A DNA stretch of 63,936 bases, the filler included, from an uncultured bacterium (GTDB lineage Bacteria > Hinthialibacterota > Hinthialibacteria > Hinthialibacterales > Hinthialibacteraceae): NCBI GenBank assembly GCA_964449065.1. It is 4 parts of 4 records of this genome, joined end to end, with 100 filler letters (N's around TTAATTAATTAA, not from the genome) between each part and the next. Parts side by side here need not be neighbours in the genome. Positions count along the whole stretch, not along the records: positions 1 to 16,262 come from CAYVAZ010000089.1; positions 16,363 to 32,619 come from CAYVAZ010000090.1; 2 more parts are not named here. One strand, written 5' to 3'. Position numbers and translations under genes: made by a program. Below are positions 7,450 to 24,066 of this stretch, piece after piece (the first letter of the stretch is position 1; each line of letters begins with the position of its first letter). The notes beneath the pieces are model-generated. The model was not told where the DNA came from. It saw nothing but the letters and a program-made list of their open reading frames with translations, and searched no databases.

Positions 7450-10400
7450 TTACGATTGAGTTACAGCGTCGCCGCCGTTTTTCATTGCCATGTGTTTGTA
7501 CAAATTCCAACGGTTGGACACATCTTTTTGGCCTTGCTCGATCAGCTGCTGCGCCAGTTCCGGTTTGCTCTTGGTAAGCATCTTAAAGCGGGTTTGCTGA
7601 TACGCGTAATCCTTATAGGAGATGGTCGGATCTTTGGAATCCAGTATCAATGGATTCTCTCCACGGTCGGCCAGTTCGGGATTGTAGCGGTAGAGCGGCC
7701 AGTGTCCGCTATCAACCGCGGCCTTTTGGGTATCAAAACCGGTGCGCATGTTGATGCCGTGCGCGATGCAGTGGCTGTAGGCCAAGATCAACGACGGCCC
7801 GTTGTAGGCTTCGGCTTCTAAGAAACACTTGATGGTGTGGTTATCGCTGGAGCCCATTGCCACGGACGCGACATAGACATTGCCGTAAGACATCGCGATC
7901 AAGCCCAGGTCTTTCTTCGGCGCCGGTTTGCCGCTGGCGGCGAACTTCGCGACCGCTCCTCGCGGTGTGGCTTTGGACATTTGCCCGCCGGTGTTGGAGT
8001 AGACTTCGGTATCCAATACCAAGAGGTTGACGTTCCGGCCGGAAGCGATGACGTGATCCAACCCGCCAAAGCCGATATCGTAGGCCCAGCCGTCACCGCC
8101 GACGATCCAAACGCTCTTCTTGACCAAATAATCAGCGACATTAAAAAGATGTTTGGCTTCATTCGAGTCGATAAAGTTCAATTTTTGCTTTAAATCTGCC
8201 ACCCGTTCACGCTGCAAGCGAATCCCATACTCGGTGGATTGATCGGCGATGATGATGTCATCCACCATGCCATCGCCTACTTGGGACGACAGTTTTTTAA
8301 GGAGATCAATCGCGTACCGGTTAAGATGATCGATGGTCAAGCGGAAGCCAAACCCGAATTCCGCGTTGTCTTCGAAGAGTGAGTTCGACCAGGTAGGGCC
8401 TCTGCCGTTTTCATCCACCGTGTATGGCGTGGTCGGCAGGTTGCCGCCATAGATGGAAGAACAACCGGTCGCATTGGCGATAAGAGCGCGGTCGCCGAAG
8501 AGACGGGTCATCAATTGCACATAAGGCGTTTCACCGCATCCAGAACAGGCGCCGGAGTATTCAAACAAGGGCCGCAGCTGCTGTGAACCTTTGATGGTAC
8601 TGATTTTGAGTATTTCGCGGTCCATATCGGGCAAATCGAGGAAAAACTTGTAGTTTTCGCGTTCTTGTAGGCGAATCGGTTTTTGATCCACCATATTGAT
8701 GGCCTTGAACTTCGGTTCTTGTTTGTTCTTGGCCGGGCAGATTTCAACACAAACACCGCATCCGGTGCAGTCTTCCGGAGCGACTTGTACGGTATAGCCA
8801 AGCCCTTCGTATTCTTTTCCGCGGGCTTTGACCGATTTAAAGGCAGCGGGTGCGTTATCCAGCATGTTGGGGTCATACGCTTTCACCCGGATCGCCGCGT
8901 GGGGGCATACCAGAGCGCATTTGCCGCACTGGATGCAAACGGCTTCATCCCAAGCGGGGATCTCAAGCGCGATGTTGCGTTTTTCCCACTGCGCTGTGGC
9001 GGTGGGGAAGGTACCATCGACCGGCATCTGGCTGACCGGAACGGTATCGCCTTTGGAGGCCATAATCGGCGCGAGGACTTCGCGGACGTATTCCGGCGCT
9101 TCGGGAGAGACGACCGGCGGCATTTCTATCGTGCTGCTCGCTTCTTTCGGGTAGTTGACCTCATGCAGGTTGCTGACAGCTTGATCGACCGCGTTGTTGT
9201 TCATGCGGACAATTTCTTCGCCTTTGGCGCCATAGGTTTTTTGGATGGTGTCTTTAATGGCTTGGACGGCTTCTTTTTTCGGTAAGATGTTGGAAAGATA
9301 AAAGAAGCAGGTTTGCATGATGGTGTTGATGCGCACGCCCATGCGGGTTTCGTTGGCGACTTTGTAAGCATCAATCACATAGAACTTGACGTCTTTATTG
9401 ATGATCTCTTGCTGCACTTTCTTCGGGATTTCGTTCCAGATTTTTTCGGGACCGAAGGGGCTGTTGAGCAAGAAGGTGCCGCCCGGTTTGAGGGTTTCTA
9501 GAACATCGTATTTCTCCAAGAAGAAGAACTGGTGGCAGCCCACAAATTCGGAGGATGTCAGCAGGTAAGTAGAGCGGATCGGTTTGGGGCCAAAACGAAG
9601 GTGAGACATCGTGACCGAACCGGCTTTTTTTGAATCATAAACAAAGTAGGCTTGGACGTGGTTGTCGGTGCCTTCGCCGATAATTTTGATGGAGTTTTTG
9701 TTGGCGCCGACGGTGCCGTCTGAACCGAGACCAAAGAAAATACCACGGATGACATCTTTATCTTCGGTTTCGAAGGACGGGTCGTAATCCAAACTGGTGT
9801 GCGAAACATCATCGTTGATGCCGATGGTAAAGTGGTTCTTCGGTTTGGGCGCATCGAGTTCATCGAAGATGCGTTTAACCATGGCCGGGTTAAATTCTTT
9901 GGATGACAAGCCGTAGCGACCGCTAATCACACGCGGCAGGGCGGCAAATTTGGATGCACCATCCGCAGCGTTTTCCGACATGGCGGTGATGATATCTTGG
10001 TAGAGCGGCTCACCCACGCTTCCGGGTTCTTTGGTGCGGTCAAGAACAGCAATGCTCTTAATGCTTTCCGGTATGGCTTCTATAAAGTGTTTAATTGAGA
10101 AAGGACGGAACAAGCGGACTTTAAGAACGCCGACTTTCTCACCGGCAGCGTTCATATATTCAACGGCTTCGTGAGTCGCTTCGGCGCCGGAACCCATGAG
10201 GATAATGAGTTTTTCGGCATCCGGTGCGCCGACGTAATCGAAGAGTTTGTATTGGCGGCCAACGAGAGACGCGAATTTATCCATCTCTTGCTGGACGATA
10301 TCGGGGCAGGCTGCATAAAACGGGTTAACGGTTTCCCGGCCTTGGAAGTAAACATCCGGGTTTTGCGCGGTCCCGCGAAGAACGGGATGATCCGGCGACA

Positions 10401-11022
10401 AGGCACGGCGGCGGTGTTCGCGGACCAGTTCATCATCAATCATGGCGCGCATATCATCGTCGGTTAATTCTTCAACTTTGGAGACTTCGTGCGAACTGCG
10501 AAACCCATCAAAGAAGTGGATAAAGGGGATGCGGGACCGCAGCGAGGCTGCTTGCGAGATTAAAGCGAAATCCATAATTTCTTGAATCGAGTTGGATGCG
10601 AGCATCCCGAAACCGGTCGTGCGGCAAGCCATGACATCGCTATGATCACCGAAAATCGAAAGCGCCTGACAGGCGACCGAGCGGGCGCTTACGTGAAACA
10701 CAGCCGGTGTGAGTTCTCCCGCAATTTTGAACAGGTTGGGGATCATTAACAAAAGCCCCTGCGATGCGGTGAAGGTGGAAGTTAAAGCCCCTGCCTGCAA
10801 GGTACCGTGACAAGCACCGACGGCACCGGCTTCGCTTTGCATTTCAACAATTTCAGGTACTTGCCCCCAAATATTGGTTTGTCCCATACTGGACCATTGA
10901 TCGGACCATTCGCCCATGGGGGATGAGGGCGTGATGGGGTATAACACACAGATCTCATTGGTCTTATGTGCAACGAAGGCGGCGGCTTGATTGCCGTCGA
11001 TGGTGGTCATTTTACGAGCCAT
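7450..11022 (-). CDS. nifJ: Pyruvate:ferredoxin/flavodoxin oxidoreductase
   Basis: YPITPSSPM, EMQSEAGA, two CxxCxxCxxxCP motifs, GACSGCGE and GGDGWAYDIG. Confidence 0.97.
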   Translation of the reverse strand: MARKMTTIDGNQAAAFVAHKTNEICVLYPITPSSPMGEWSDQWSSMGQTNIWGQVPEIVEMQSEAGAVGACHGTLQAGALTSTFTASQGLLLMIPNLFKIAGELTPAVFHVSARSVACQALSIFGDHSDVMACRTTGFGMLASNSIQEIMDFALISQAASLRSRIPFIHFFDGFRSSHEVSKVEELTDDDMRAMIDDELVREHRRRALSPDHPVLRGTAQNPDVYFQGRETVNPFYAACPDIVQQEMDKFASLVGRQYKLFDYVGAPDAEKLIILMGSGAEATHEAVEYMNAAGEKVGVLKVRLFRPFSIKHFIEAIPESIKSIAVLDRTKEPGSVGEPLYQDIITAMSENAADGASKFAALPRVISGRYGLSSKEFNPAMVKRIFDELDAPKPKNHFTIGINDDVSHTSLDYDPSFETEDKDVIRGIFFGLGSDGTVGANKNSIKIIGEGTDNHVQAYFVYDSKKAGSVTMSHLRFGPKPIRSTYLLTSSEFVGCHQFFFLEKYDVLETLKPGGTFLLNSPFGPEKIWNEIPKKVQQEIINKDVKFYVIDAYKVANETRMGVRINTIMQTCFFYLSNILPKKEAVQAIKDTIQKTYGAKGEEIVRMNNNAVDQAVSNLHEVNYPKEASSTIEMPPVVSPEAPEYVREVLAPIMASKGDTVPVSQMPVDGTFPTATAQWEKRNIALEIPAWDEAVCIQCGKCALVCPHAAIRVKAYDPNMLDNAPAAFKSVKARGKEYEGLGYTVQVAPEDCTGCGVCVEICPAKNKQEPKFKAINMVDQKPIRLQERENYKFFLDLPDMDREILKISTIKGSQQLRPLFEYSGACSGCGETPYVQLMTRLFGDRALIANATGCSSIYGGNLPTTPYTVDENGRGPTWSNSLFEDNAEFGFGFRLTIDHLNRYAIDLLKKLSSQVGDGMVDDIIIADQSTEYGIRLQRERVADLKQKLNFIDSNEAKHLFNVADYLVKKSVWIVGGDGWAYDIGFGGLDHVIASGRNVNLLVLDTEVYSNTGGQMSKATPRGAVAKFAASGKPAPKKDLGLIAMSYGNVYVASVAMGSSDNHTIKCFLEAEAYNGPSLILAYSHCIAHGINMRTGFDTQKAAVDSGHWPLYRYNPELADRGENPLILDSKDPTISYKDYAYQQTRFKMLTKSKPELAQQLIEQGQKDVSNRWNLYKHMAMKNGGDAVTQS

Positions 11023-11216
11023 GATCTGTTCTCCCACTGAAAGATAATTACTTTCATAAATATTTATAATTTTATCTATAATTATAGTATTCAAATCAAT
11101 CCATTCAAGATTCGGGAAGGGATTTTATGGAATTATTACAAAAATAATAAAATTAAATTGAGAATATTGATTGATTTAATGAAGATGGAACCTTGTTCAC
11201 CCTGTTTATCCTATAA

Positions 11217-11399
11217 TAGCATTTTTCAAATAGAAAAATTCACGATGAATGACGGAACGGAAAATAGTATTCATAATAGTGCAGGCATCTTGTCTGCAAA
11301 AGCCATTGTCTCCCACAAAGATATTGTCTCCCCCAAAGCCTTTGGGGGAGATGTCCGACGCAAGGAGGACAGAGGGGGTGCGAAGAGAACCATAAACCA
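11217..11399 (+). repeat. MITE-B-related composite repeat with a 75-bp module
   Basis: 11217-11300 is homologous to 42853-42935. 11325-11399 is identical to 47802-47876. Confidence 0.75.
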
Positions 11400-11490
11400 T
11401 CCGATTGCAAATGTCTTCACTTCTGACTTGGCAGACATTTAGAATGTTCCCAGTCTTCGATGATGAATCCTCATTCCATTTGCCGCGGGT

Positions 11491-12897
11491 TTATATCTTG
11501 GAAGGATGTTCCCACGGTTCACGGTATGAGCGGCGGAGGAGTTTGGTTGCTTCTTCGTCGCCGGTCACGATCCGTTGTTGGGGATCATACCGCAAAGGCC
11601 GCCCGCCTAGTTCCATGGATAGGTTGGCTAAAATACAACTCGCGGTGGATATGTGACCTTCTTCGATATCCGCGACCGGGCGGCCGCGGTTTTCGATGGC
11701 GGCCAAAAAGTCCAGCATGTGCAGACGGGTGGCGGGCGCGGCATTGAGTTCAATATCCTTCTCTTCTAAATCTTCGGGATATTTTTCGCGCTCAAAGAAG
11801 CATTCAAAATGCAGGGGCTTTTCATTTTTATCTTGCGGGATGAAATCGGCACGCATGGTACTGGCTTTTAACGTTCCCTTTTCTCCGTAGATGAATAAAG
11901 CCCACGGATAGTCCGGATCTGGAGGTGTGCCCCAAGAACGGTGCTGCCAAATGGCGTTGAAATTGTCATATTCAAATGTCGCGGTTTGCGTGTCGGCAAT
12001 ATTGGACTTTCCATCCGTTTGCACCAAAATCCCTCCCGTGGATGTAATGCGTTTCGGCCAGCCCAAATCCAGCATCCACCGGGCGGTATCGAGCATATGG
12101 ACGCACATATCTCCCATGATGCCGTTACCATATTCCATAAACGTGCGCCACCATCTTCTGTGAGGCAATCCATCGAAGGGACGTAATGGGGCCGGGCCGG
12201 TCCACATTTCATAATCAAAAAATTCAGGGACCGGCTCTACCGGTGGGTTGCCGTTGGCGCGCATGTGGTAATAACAGCACATTTCAATGTGTCCGATTTC
12301 ACCCAACAGCCCCGCTTCCACAACTTGCTTTTTCACATCAATCAGATGCGGAGTGCTTTTGCGTTGGGTTCCTACCTGTACAACACGTTTGTTTGCCCGT
12401 GCGGCATCAACCATCGCTTCGCCTTCCCTGATATCCACGCTGATCGGTTTTTGAACATATACATCCGCTCCCGCTTTCACGGAATCAATCATCTGGAGGG
12501 AATGCCAATGATCCGGTGTCCCGATAATCACGATATCGAATTCATGATTTTCAAGCATACTCCGGTAATCGTTGTATGTTTTTGGTTGTTTATTATTTGG
12601 AAGCCGTTGGCTGTGAATGTTCACCGTTTCTGCCAGCATTCTCTGATCCGGGTCGCAGACGGCGACAACGTCTACCGGTGCGACTTGAATGAGCCGCCAA
12701 AGGTCGCTTTTGCCATACCAGCCGCAGCCGATTAAGCCGACGCGTTTTCGTTTGGAGGCGGCGGCTTCTATCAATTCAGAATTGAGGGATGAGAGTGCCA
12801 GCGAAGCCGCGCTTCCTTGAATAAACGTTCGCCGATTGATGTGGAACGATGCGGGCCGTGTTAAACTTGGAATTCGAAAGCCGTTTTGTTTTTTCAT
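11491..12897 (-). CDS. Gfo/Idh/MocA family oxidoreductase with Tat-like signal
   Basis: NRRTFIQ twin-arginine motif, LIGCGWYG, GTPDHWH, VQKP and QVGTQR. Confidence 0.9.
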   Translation of the reverse strand: MKKQNGFRIPSLTRPASFHINRRTFIQGSAASLALSSLNSELIEAAASKRKRVGLIGCGWYGKSDLWRLIQVAPVDVVAVCDPDQRMLAETVNIHSQRLPNNKQPKTYNDYRSMLENHEFDIVIIGTPDHWHSLQMIDSVKAGADVYVQKPISVDIREGEAMVDAARANKRVVQVGTQRKSTPHLIDVKKQVVEAGLLGEIGHIEMCCYYHMRANGNPPVEPVPEFFDYEMWTGPAPLRPFDGLPHRRWWRTFMEYGNGIMGDMCVHMLDTARWMLDLGWPKRITSTGGILVQTDGKSNIADTQTATFEYDNFNAIWQHRSWGTPPDPDYPWALFIYGEKGTLKASTMRADFIPQDKNEKPLHFECFFEREKYPEDLEEKDIELNAAPATRLHMLDFLAAIENRGRPVADIEEGHISTASCILANLSMELGGRPLRYDPQQRIVTGDEEATKLLRRSYREPWEHPSKI

Positions 12898-13181
12898 GGG
12901 AGAAACCTCATTCGCTTGAGTGATCATTCTGATTTCCAGTGTAATACAATAAACCATGATTTGGCAATAGATAGAACCATTCCGGGCCAGAAACGGAATG
13001 TAGGTAAACGTGATGCCACAGAGGGAGAGCGGGGGGAGGATGAGAGTTATCTTCATCCTTCTTCTCACAATTAAGATACAGCAAACTAGATTGGACGTTG
13101 TGAAGCGTCAACACGAAACCAAAAGCAATTGGCGGATTATTACTGAATTTACAGGCGGATTGAACGGCACGGCGCCTTTTT

Positions 13182-14222
13182 TTAACAAATCCGCGGCAGT
13201 TGTTCCCCGCTCAAGCGGTCCAAAATCCGTGTCGCCCCGATCCGGCTTTTCACCGTTACCAACGGCTTGCTTGCTGATGTCACATGACCGATCACGGTTG
13301 CGTTTTCGGCATCTTCAAACGATTGCATAATCTCAACCGCTATATCTTTCACTTCGTCCGGCACAAATGCCACAAACCGCCCTTCATTCGCCACTGCGAA
13401 CGGATCAAATCCCAGCATCTCACACGCCCCCTGTACCTCTTCCATTACGGGCACAGCGGTTTCTTCTATATGCAGCGTATAACCGGATGCATTCGCAATC
13501 TCATTCAACGCCGATGTCAATCCGCCCCGCGTTAAATCTCTCATGCAGTGAACCTCAATCCCGCTTTCAATCAGCTTTTGTACGATGTGATTCAACGGGG
13601 CGCAATCGCTCTCCAATGCCGATTCAAACTCCAAGCCCTCCCGCGCGGCCAGCACCGCAATCCCATGCCGCCCCACATCCCCGCTGATGACTATCGCGTC
13701 CCCCGGCTTCACCGCCTGCGGGGCAATTGTTTGGCCATGCTCAATCACACCAATCCCGGATGTATTGATAAACACCCCATCGCCTTTCCCCTTATCCACT
13801 ACTTTGGTGTCGCCTGTTACAATACTGACTCCCGCTGCTTGCGCGGCTTGTTTCATGCTTTCAACCACCCGCTGCAACTCCTCCATCGGCAAGCCTTCTT
13901 CCAATATGAATCCAGTACTCAAATAAAGCGGTTTTGCTCCTGACATGGCTAAATCATTCACGGTTCCATTCACAGCCAGCGAACCGATATCCCCGCCGGG
14001 AAAGAAAAGCGGATTCACGACAAACGAATCCGTGGTAAACGCGAGGGTTTGGTAGTTGATGGTAAGTACAGAAGAATCGCTTTGTTTATTTAGATGCTCG
14101 TTATCAAACGCAGAGCGAAACACATCCTGAATCAGCTGGTCCATCAGCGTCCCACCGCCGCCGTGCGCCAGCATGACATTTGAATAATGGTGTTTGGGGA
14201 TAGGACAGGAAACAGTCTTCAT
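13182..14222 (-). CDS. hypE: Hydrogenase maturation protein HypE
   Basis: [19 protein letters not shown] and C-terminal PRIC. Confidence 0.97.
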   Translation of the reverse strand: MKTVSCPIPKHHYSNVMLAHGGGGTLMDQLIQDVFRSAFDNEHLNKQSDSSVLTINYQTLAFTTDSFVVNPLFFPGGDIGSLAVNGTVNDLAMSGAKPLYLSTGFILEEGLPMEELQRVVESMKQAAQAAGVSIVTGDTKVVDKGKGDGVFINTSGIGVIEHGQTIAPQAVKPGDAIVISGDVGRHGIAVLAAREGLEFESALESDCAPLNHIVQKLIESGIEVHCMRDLTRGGLTSALNEIANASGYTLHIEETAVPVMEEVQGACEMLGFDPFAVANEGRFVAFVPDEVKDIAVEIMQSFEDAENATVIGHVTSASKPLVTVKSRIGATRILDRLSGEQLPRIC

Positions 14223-15322
14223 GCTTGAACCCATTCATGGCGGCGGTAGCGGTAATACGCGGCGCAGGCTCCTTCCGAAGAAACCATCGGCGCGCCCAGC
14301 GGTTTTTCCGGAAAACAGCGTGTACCGAACGCCGGGCATTCGTGCGGTTTTTTCATGCCTTGCAGGATCAATCCACTGATACACTCGTTTTCTTCCGCGC
14401 GTTGATTGCTTACATTCAAATCAAAGCGCTTTTCGGCATCGTATCCGCTAAATTCATCCCGCAAACCCAGGCCGCTTGCTGGAATCTCACCGAGGCCCCG
14501 CCATTCGCGGTGAACCACTTGATACACCTGCTTCATCATTTTTTGCGCGTGGGTGTTGCCTTTGGTTTTTACTGTACGGGCGTATTGGTTTTCCACTTCC
14601 GCCTTGCCTTCATGCAGTTGCTTTAATACCAGATATACGCCCTGCAAAATATCAAGCGGTTCAAACCCGGTTACAACTATGGGAACCTGATACTTTTTCG
14701 CGATGGGTTCGTATTCTTCCATTCCCATAATGGTGCAGACGTGTCCCGCCGCCAAAAAGCCTTCCACCCGGTTGCCGGGCGATGACAGCAGCGCCTCCAT
14801 CGCCGGGGGCACCAGTACATTCGATGCCAGTACCGAAAAGTTCGGCAGCGATTCTTTCTTTGCTTGATACACCGCCATCGCGGTGGTCGGTGCCGTGGTT
14901 TCAAAGCCGACGCCGAAAAAGACCACATGCTTATCCGGCGCGTTGCGGGCAATATTCACGGCATCCAGCGGCGAATACACAATCCGCACATCTCCGCCGT
15001 TTGCCTTGACGGTAAACAGATCATCCCGGGTACCGGGAACCCGCAGCATATCGCCGAACGAGCAGAAGATGACGCCGGGAAGGGAAGCGACAGCAATCGC
15101 CGCGTCAATAATTGACTGCGCCGTGACACACACCGGACAGCCCGGCCCGTGAATCAGCGTAATGGTATCCGGCAGCAGTTGATCGATGCCGTATTTAATA
15201 ATGCTGTGCGTTTGCCCGCCGCAGATTTCCATCATCGACCGCGGCTGCTTGGCAAGCGGCTCAATCGCCTTCAGCAGTTTCTGCACGGCATCCGAATCGC
15301 GGTATTCGTCAATATACTTCAT
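14219..15322 (-). CDS. hypD: Hydrogenase maturation protein HypD
   Basis: [18 protein letters not shown] and PMVSSEGAC. Confidence 0.97.
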   Translation of the reverse strand: MKYIDEYRDSDAVQKLLKAIEPLAKQPRSMMEICGGQTHSIIKYGIDQLLPDTITLIHGPGCPVCVTAQSIIDAAIAVASLPGVIFCSFGDMLRVPGTRDDLFTVKANGGDVRIVYSPLDAVNIARNAPDKHVVFFGVGFETTAPTTAMAVYQAKKESLPNFSVLASNVLVPPAMEALLSSPGNRVEGFLAAGHVCTIMGMEEYEPIAKKYQVPIVVTGFEPLDILQGVYLVLKQLHEGKAEVENQYARTVKTKGNTHAQKMMKQVYQVVHREWRGLGEIPASGLGLRDEFSGYDAEKRFDLNVSNQRAEENECISGLILQGMKKPHECPAFGTRCFPEKPLGAPMVSSEGACAAYYRYRRHEWVQA

Positions 15323-15573
15323 AATGCCAATTCTTCCTTCAGCGCGGCTTCATCCAATTCTTTGATCATACGAAACACTTCCCGCGCTTCCTCTTCATCA
15401 ATCTCGCTTATGGCGAACCCGGCGTGCACGATCACATAATCGCCGATTGCCACATCGGGCACATACGCCAAAGAAACCTCTTTGGCAATTTTCCCGAATT
15501 CCACCTTCCCCTTCAGGTAAACCGGGTCGTCGCCTTCTATACTCACAATCCTGCCTGGAATCCCTAAACACAT
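15319..15573 (-). CDS. hypC: Hydrogenase chaperone HypC
   Basis: MCLGIPG and VHAGFAI. Confidence 0.97.
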   Translation of the reverse strand: MCLGIPGRIVSIEGDDPVYLKGKVEFGKIAKEVSLAYVPDVAIGDYVIVHAGFAISEIDEEEAREVFRMIKELDEAALKEELAL

Positions 15574-15577
15574 AGCC

Positions 15578-16262
15578 TTATTCCTCCTCCTTCAAACAAT
15601 GCGCGGCATACGCGATTTGTCCCAACGCGATCCCGCCATCATTCGTCGGTATCTGCTTCTGCCAATATACGTCATAGTCTTCTTCCCGCAAACGCCGGAT
15701 CGACCGCTTTAACAAATAGTGGTTTTGAAAACACCCCCCGCTCAACACAACCCGTTTTTCCGTTTGCATTCCAGCGAGTGAAACAATCATTTCCACCAAG
15801 GTATTATGAAACTTCGCTGATATCGTATCCACCGCGGTTTTCAGCCGCGTATCGGCTAGTATGCCATCAATCAACGAATGCAATCCGATTCGGTATCTAG
15901 GTGTTTTTTCGCTGCCGCCGTCTTCCTGTTCCAACAGATCAAACGGATAGCAATCTTCAACACCTTTTTTGCGATTCCATTCCAACTCAATCGCGGCCTG
16001 CCCTTCGTACGAAACCCTTTGCCGCAATCCAGTCAGTGAAGCCACCGCATCAAACAAGCGCCCCATGCTTGAGGTATAGGGGCAGTTCATCCCTTTATGC
16101 AGCATCGCTTTATATATTTGGATTTCCGCATCCGAAAAAACCTGCAATGCAGAAATATGTTGTTCGAACGCATTGTCACCATACAACTCATACAGCAATC
16201 CCAACGCAACCCGTTTGATGTTTTTGATTGCACTCTCACCGCCCGGCAATGGGAACGTTTGC
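15578..16262 (-). CDS. hypF: Carbamoyltransferase HypF, C-terminal part (truncated by contig end)
   Basis: LPGGE, TSSMGRLFDAVA, LSGGCFQN and PTNDGGIALGQ. Confidence 0.93.
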
Positions 16263-16362
16263 NNNNNNNNNNNNNNNNNNNNNNNNNNNNNNNNNNNNNN
16301 NNNNNNTTAATTAATTAANNNNNNNNNNNNNNNNNNNNNNNNNNNNNNNNNNNNNNNNNNNN
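16263..16362. other. Artificial contig linker
   Basis: N-run, TTAATTAATTAA (stops in all six frames), N-run; 100 bp. Confidence 0.97.
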
Positions 16363-16363
16363 G

Positions 16364-16576
16364 TTAATTTGGAGCGATGTTGCCGTCACGGTATTGCTGC
16401 ACCCGCCGGGCGGTGATACCATGACGCTCTATTATTTCAACCAACTGCATTACGGCAGCGAAAGCCGGACCGCCGCCACCGGGTTTTTGCTGATGACGAT
16501 TCCATTAGTTACGATAGTGATGGTGTCGGGTTTGATTGCGGCAGGCAGAATTTTCGTCTTCAGACGCAGAACTTAG
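16364..16576 (+). CDS. C-terminal fragment of an ABC permease (Fe3+/FbpB-like)
   Basis: DVAVTVLLHPPGGDTMTLYYFNQLHYG followed by a TM helix. Open to the contig edge. Confidence 0.6.
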   Translation, partial: LIWSDVAVTVLLHPPGGDTMTLYYFNQLHYGSESRTAATGFLLMTIPLVTIVMVSGLIAAGRIFVFRRRT

Positions 16577-17598
16577 ATTTTATCTTCCCAGTGATGAATG
16601 GATTGAAATTCCTGCATAAACTGATCTCCAAAATGCGGCAAACCGAATATCCCGCCGGTATGAATAAACAACACCTTAGCCCCTTGCGGTATATTCCCGT
16701 TTTGAATTTCTTCCCGGAGTCCGTAAAATGCTTTGTTTGTGTATACCGGATCAAGAATGATCGACTCTTGCTGGGCAACATGACGCAGGAATTGAATGTG
16801 CTCTGAATTGGTTTGAGCGTACCCCCCGGCAATATAGTTCTGCACCATCGGCATTTCATTTTTTGTGACTGTTGCGGATATGCCAAAACGCCCGCGGCAT
16901 TCTTCAATGTCATTTACCATTTTGTCTTGAAAATAATGAATACTTCCACACACCAATATCCCCAAGCAATTCGCTTGCAGTTGATGGACTTGATTGCCTA
17001 ACAAAATTCCCGCGTACGTCCCGCCGGAACCAACCGCGCACACCACATAATCCGGATGCCAATTCATGGCCCCGCACTGCTCTTTGATTTCACGTACCGC
17101 GGAAATGTATCCCCAAAGCCCAACAGCATTGGAGCCGCCGGTAGGTATGATATAGGGAGATTTATTTTCTGTTCGCAGATTGTCTGCCAGTTCTTCCATA
17201 ATCGCTTCAACGTTGGATGAATAGTCCTGCCGTGAAATGTAGTGCACGTTCGCATCCACAAGTAAATCCAACAATAGATTTCCAGTAGGGATATCCGGCT
17301 CAGTTCCCGCTAATACCAAATGGCAATCCATCCCCAAACGCCGGGCCGCAATCGCGGTCGCGCGCGCATGGTTGGATGTCACCGCCCCGCAGGTGATCAC
17401 GGTATCGCATTCGCTGTGTTGAGCGTCATGCAATAAATATTCAAGTTTGCGGATTTTGTTGCCGGTCAAATCCGTCCCGGTCAGGTCATCCCGCTTGATA
17501 TAGAGATGCACTCCCCATTCTGCGCCGAGATTGCTTAACGGTTCGATGGGGGTAGGAAGTTGGGCAAGAGAAATGCGTTGCGGTTCTTGAACGTTCAT
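16573..17598 (-). CDS. D-cysteine desulfhydrase family PLP enzyme
   Basis: KRDDLTG, GNKIRKLEY, SNHARAT, LDPVYTNK and IHTGG. Confidence 0.88.
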   Translation of the reverse strand: MNVQEPQRISLAQLPTPIEPLSNLGAEWGVHLYIKRDDLTGTDLTGNKIRKLEYLLHDAQHSECDTVITCGAVTSNHARATAIAARRLGMDCHLVLAGTEPDIPTGNLLLDLLVDANVHYISRQDYSSNVEAIMEELADNLRTENKSPYIIPTGGSNAVGLWGYISAVREIKEQCGAMNWHPDYVVCAVGSGGTYAGILLGNQVHQLQANCLGILVCGSIHYFQDKMVNDIEECRGRFGISATVTKNEMPMVQNYIAGGYAQTNSEHIQFLRHVAQQESIILDPVYTNKAFYGLREEIQNGNIPQGAKVLFIHTGGIFGLPHFGDQFMQEFQSIHHWEDKI

Positions 17599-17671
17599 AA
17601 TAGAAAAAAGAATGACAGGCGAATCACCTGTCATTCATCAAATTGCTTTAGAAGACCGGAGTCGGTTACGG

Positions 17672-18151
17672 CTACTTATTGCCGCCGCCGCCGCCTTTTT
17701 TGTCGTCTTGCTTTTGATCCCCTTGTTTTTGCGGCTGTTGTTGTTGCGGAGAACCGCCGCCGCCACGGGCTGCCTGGACATCGGATTTACCGACAAAGAC
17801 CACGCCTTCTTCAATTTTCAACTTGCTGGCTTTAATGTCGCCCCGCATTTCGGCGGTGCTGCGGAACTCGATCAAATCGGAAGCTTCAATATTGCCGTTG
17901 ATTTTGCCTTCGACAATAATGCTGCCGACTTTAATTTCCGCGTTGACCTCACCGGTTTTGCCGATAATCAAATTGCCTTCAGACGTGATATCGCCTTTAA
18001 ACCGGCCTTCGATTTTGAGCCCTTCTTTAAACTTTAGCGTTCCCTCAAATTCGGTGTCTTTTCCAAGAGTCGTATATGGATTTTCATTGGTGACCCGTTG
18101 TGTTTCCCCTTGCGGTGCCTGTCCGGTACGTTCATTTCGTAAAATATCCAC
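17672..18151 (-). CDS. Bactofilin (polymer-forming cytoskeletal protein)
   Basis: Beta-helical repeats TTLGKDTEFEGTL, IEGRFKGDI, VEGKINGNI, IEEGVVFVG. Low-complexity G/Q tail. Confidence 0.92.
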   Translation of the reverse strand: MDILRNERTGQAPQGETQRVTNENPYTTLGKDTEFEGTLKFKEGLKIEGRFKGDITSEGNLIIGKTGEVNAEIKVGSIIVEGKINGNIEASDLIEFRSTAEMRGDIKASKLKIEEGVVFVGKSDVQAARGGGGSPQQQQPQKQGDQKQDDKKGGGGGNK

Positions 18152-18350
18152 AGCTTAGAATCCTCCATTTCCCGTCAAAATTCCATTAATGGTATTCATT
18201 TTCAATAAACAAAAATGATTCTGAATCTCCATGATGATTGAAGGTTCATTATGATAAATATGTTAAAGATAATCAAGATTCAGAACACACAGATTCAAAC
18301 ATACCAATCTTTATTTCCGGTGTCAATTCACATATCCACCTTTTTCGGGC

Positions 18351-18378
18351 AAAAAAAAGACGGCCGTTTCGACCGCCT
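18351..18378 (-). terminator. Rho-independent terminator
   Basis: GGCGGTCG-AAA-CGGCCGTC followed by T8 on the minus strand. Confidence 0.75.
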
Positions 18379-18413
18379 AGCGAATGGAAAGAGATGCGTC
18401 TATTCCAAAAGCC

Positions 18414-23975
<5,562 letters not shown>

Positions 23976-24066
23976 GTTTTTCACCTCAACCAATTAACAA
24001 TAAAGACCGAATTGCCTTTATTTTCGACCCAGAAAAGCAATTCGTCAAGTTTAAATTACAGGTATT

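Noticed and set aside
11158..11442. ORFs 11158-11442 and 47698-47961 sharing the peptide VSPKAFGGDVRRKEDRGGAKRTIN
   Set aside because: The shared peptide is just the translation of the 75-bp DNA repeat. There is no RBS or other sign of coding.
16263..16362. TTAATTAATTAA palindrome, repeated at about 16-kb spacing
   Set aside because: Artificial six-frame-stop linker between contigs. The periodicity reflects size-sorted contigs, not biology.
16573..17598. ACC deaminase
   Set aside because: It has DPVYT and IHTGG rather than the DPVYE and HLGG residues diagnostic of true ACC deaminases.
15578..17634. Functional link between the hyp operon and the permease or D-cysteine desulfhydrase
   Set aside because: They lie on different contigs, so the adjacency is artificial.
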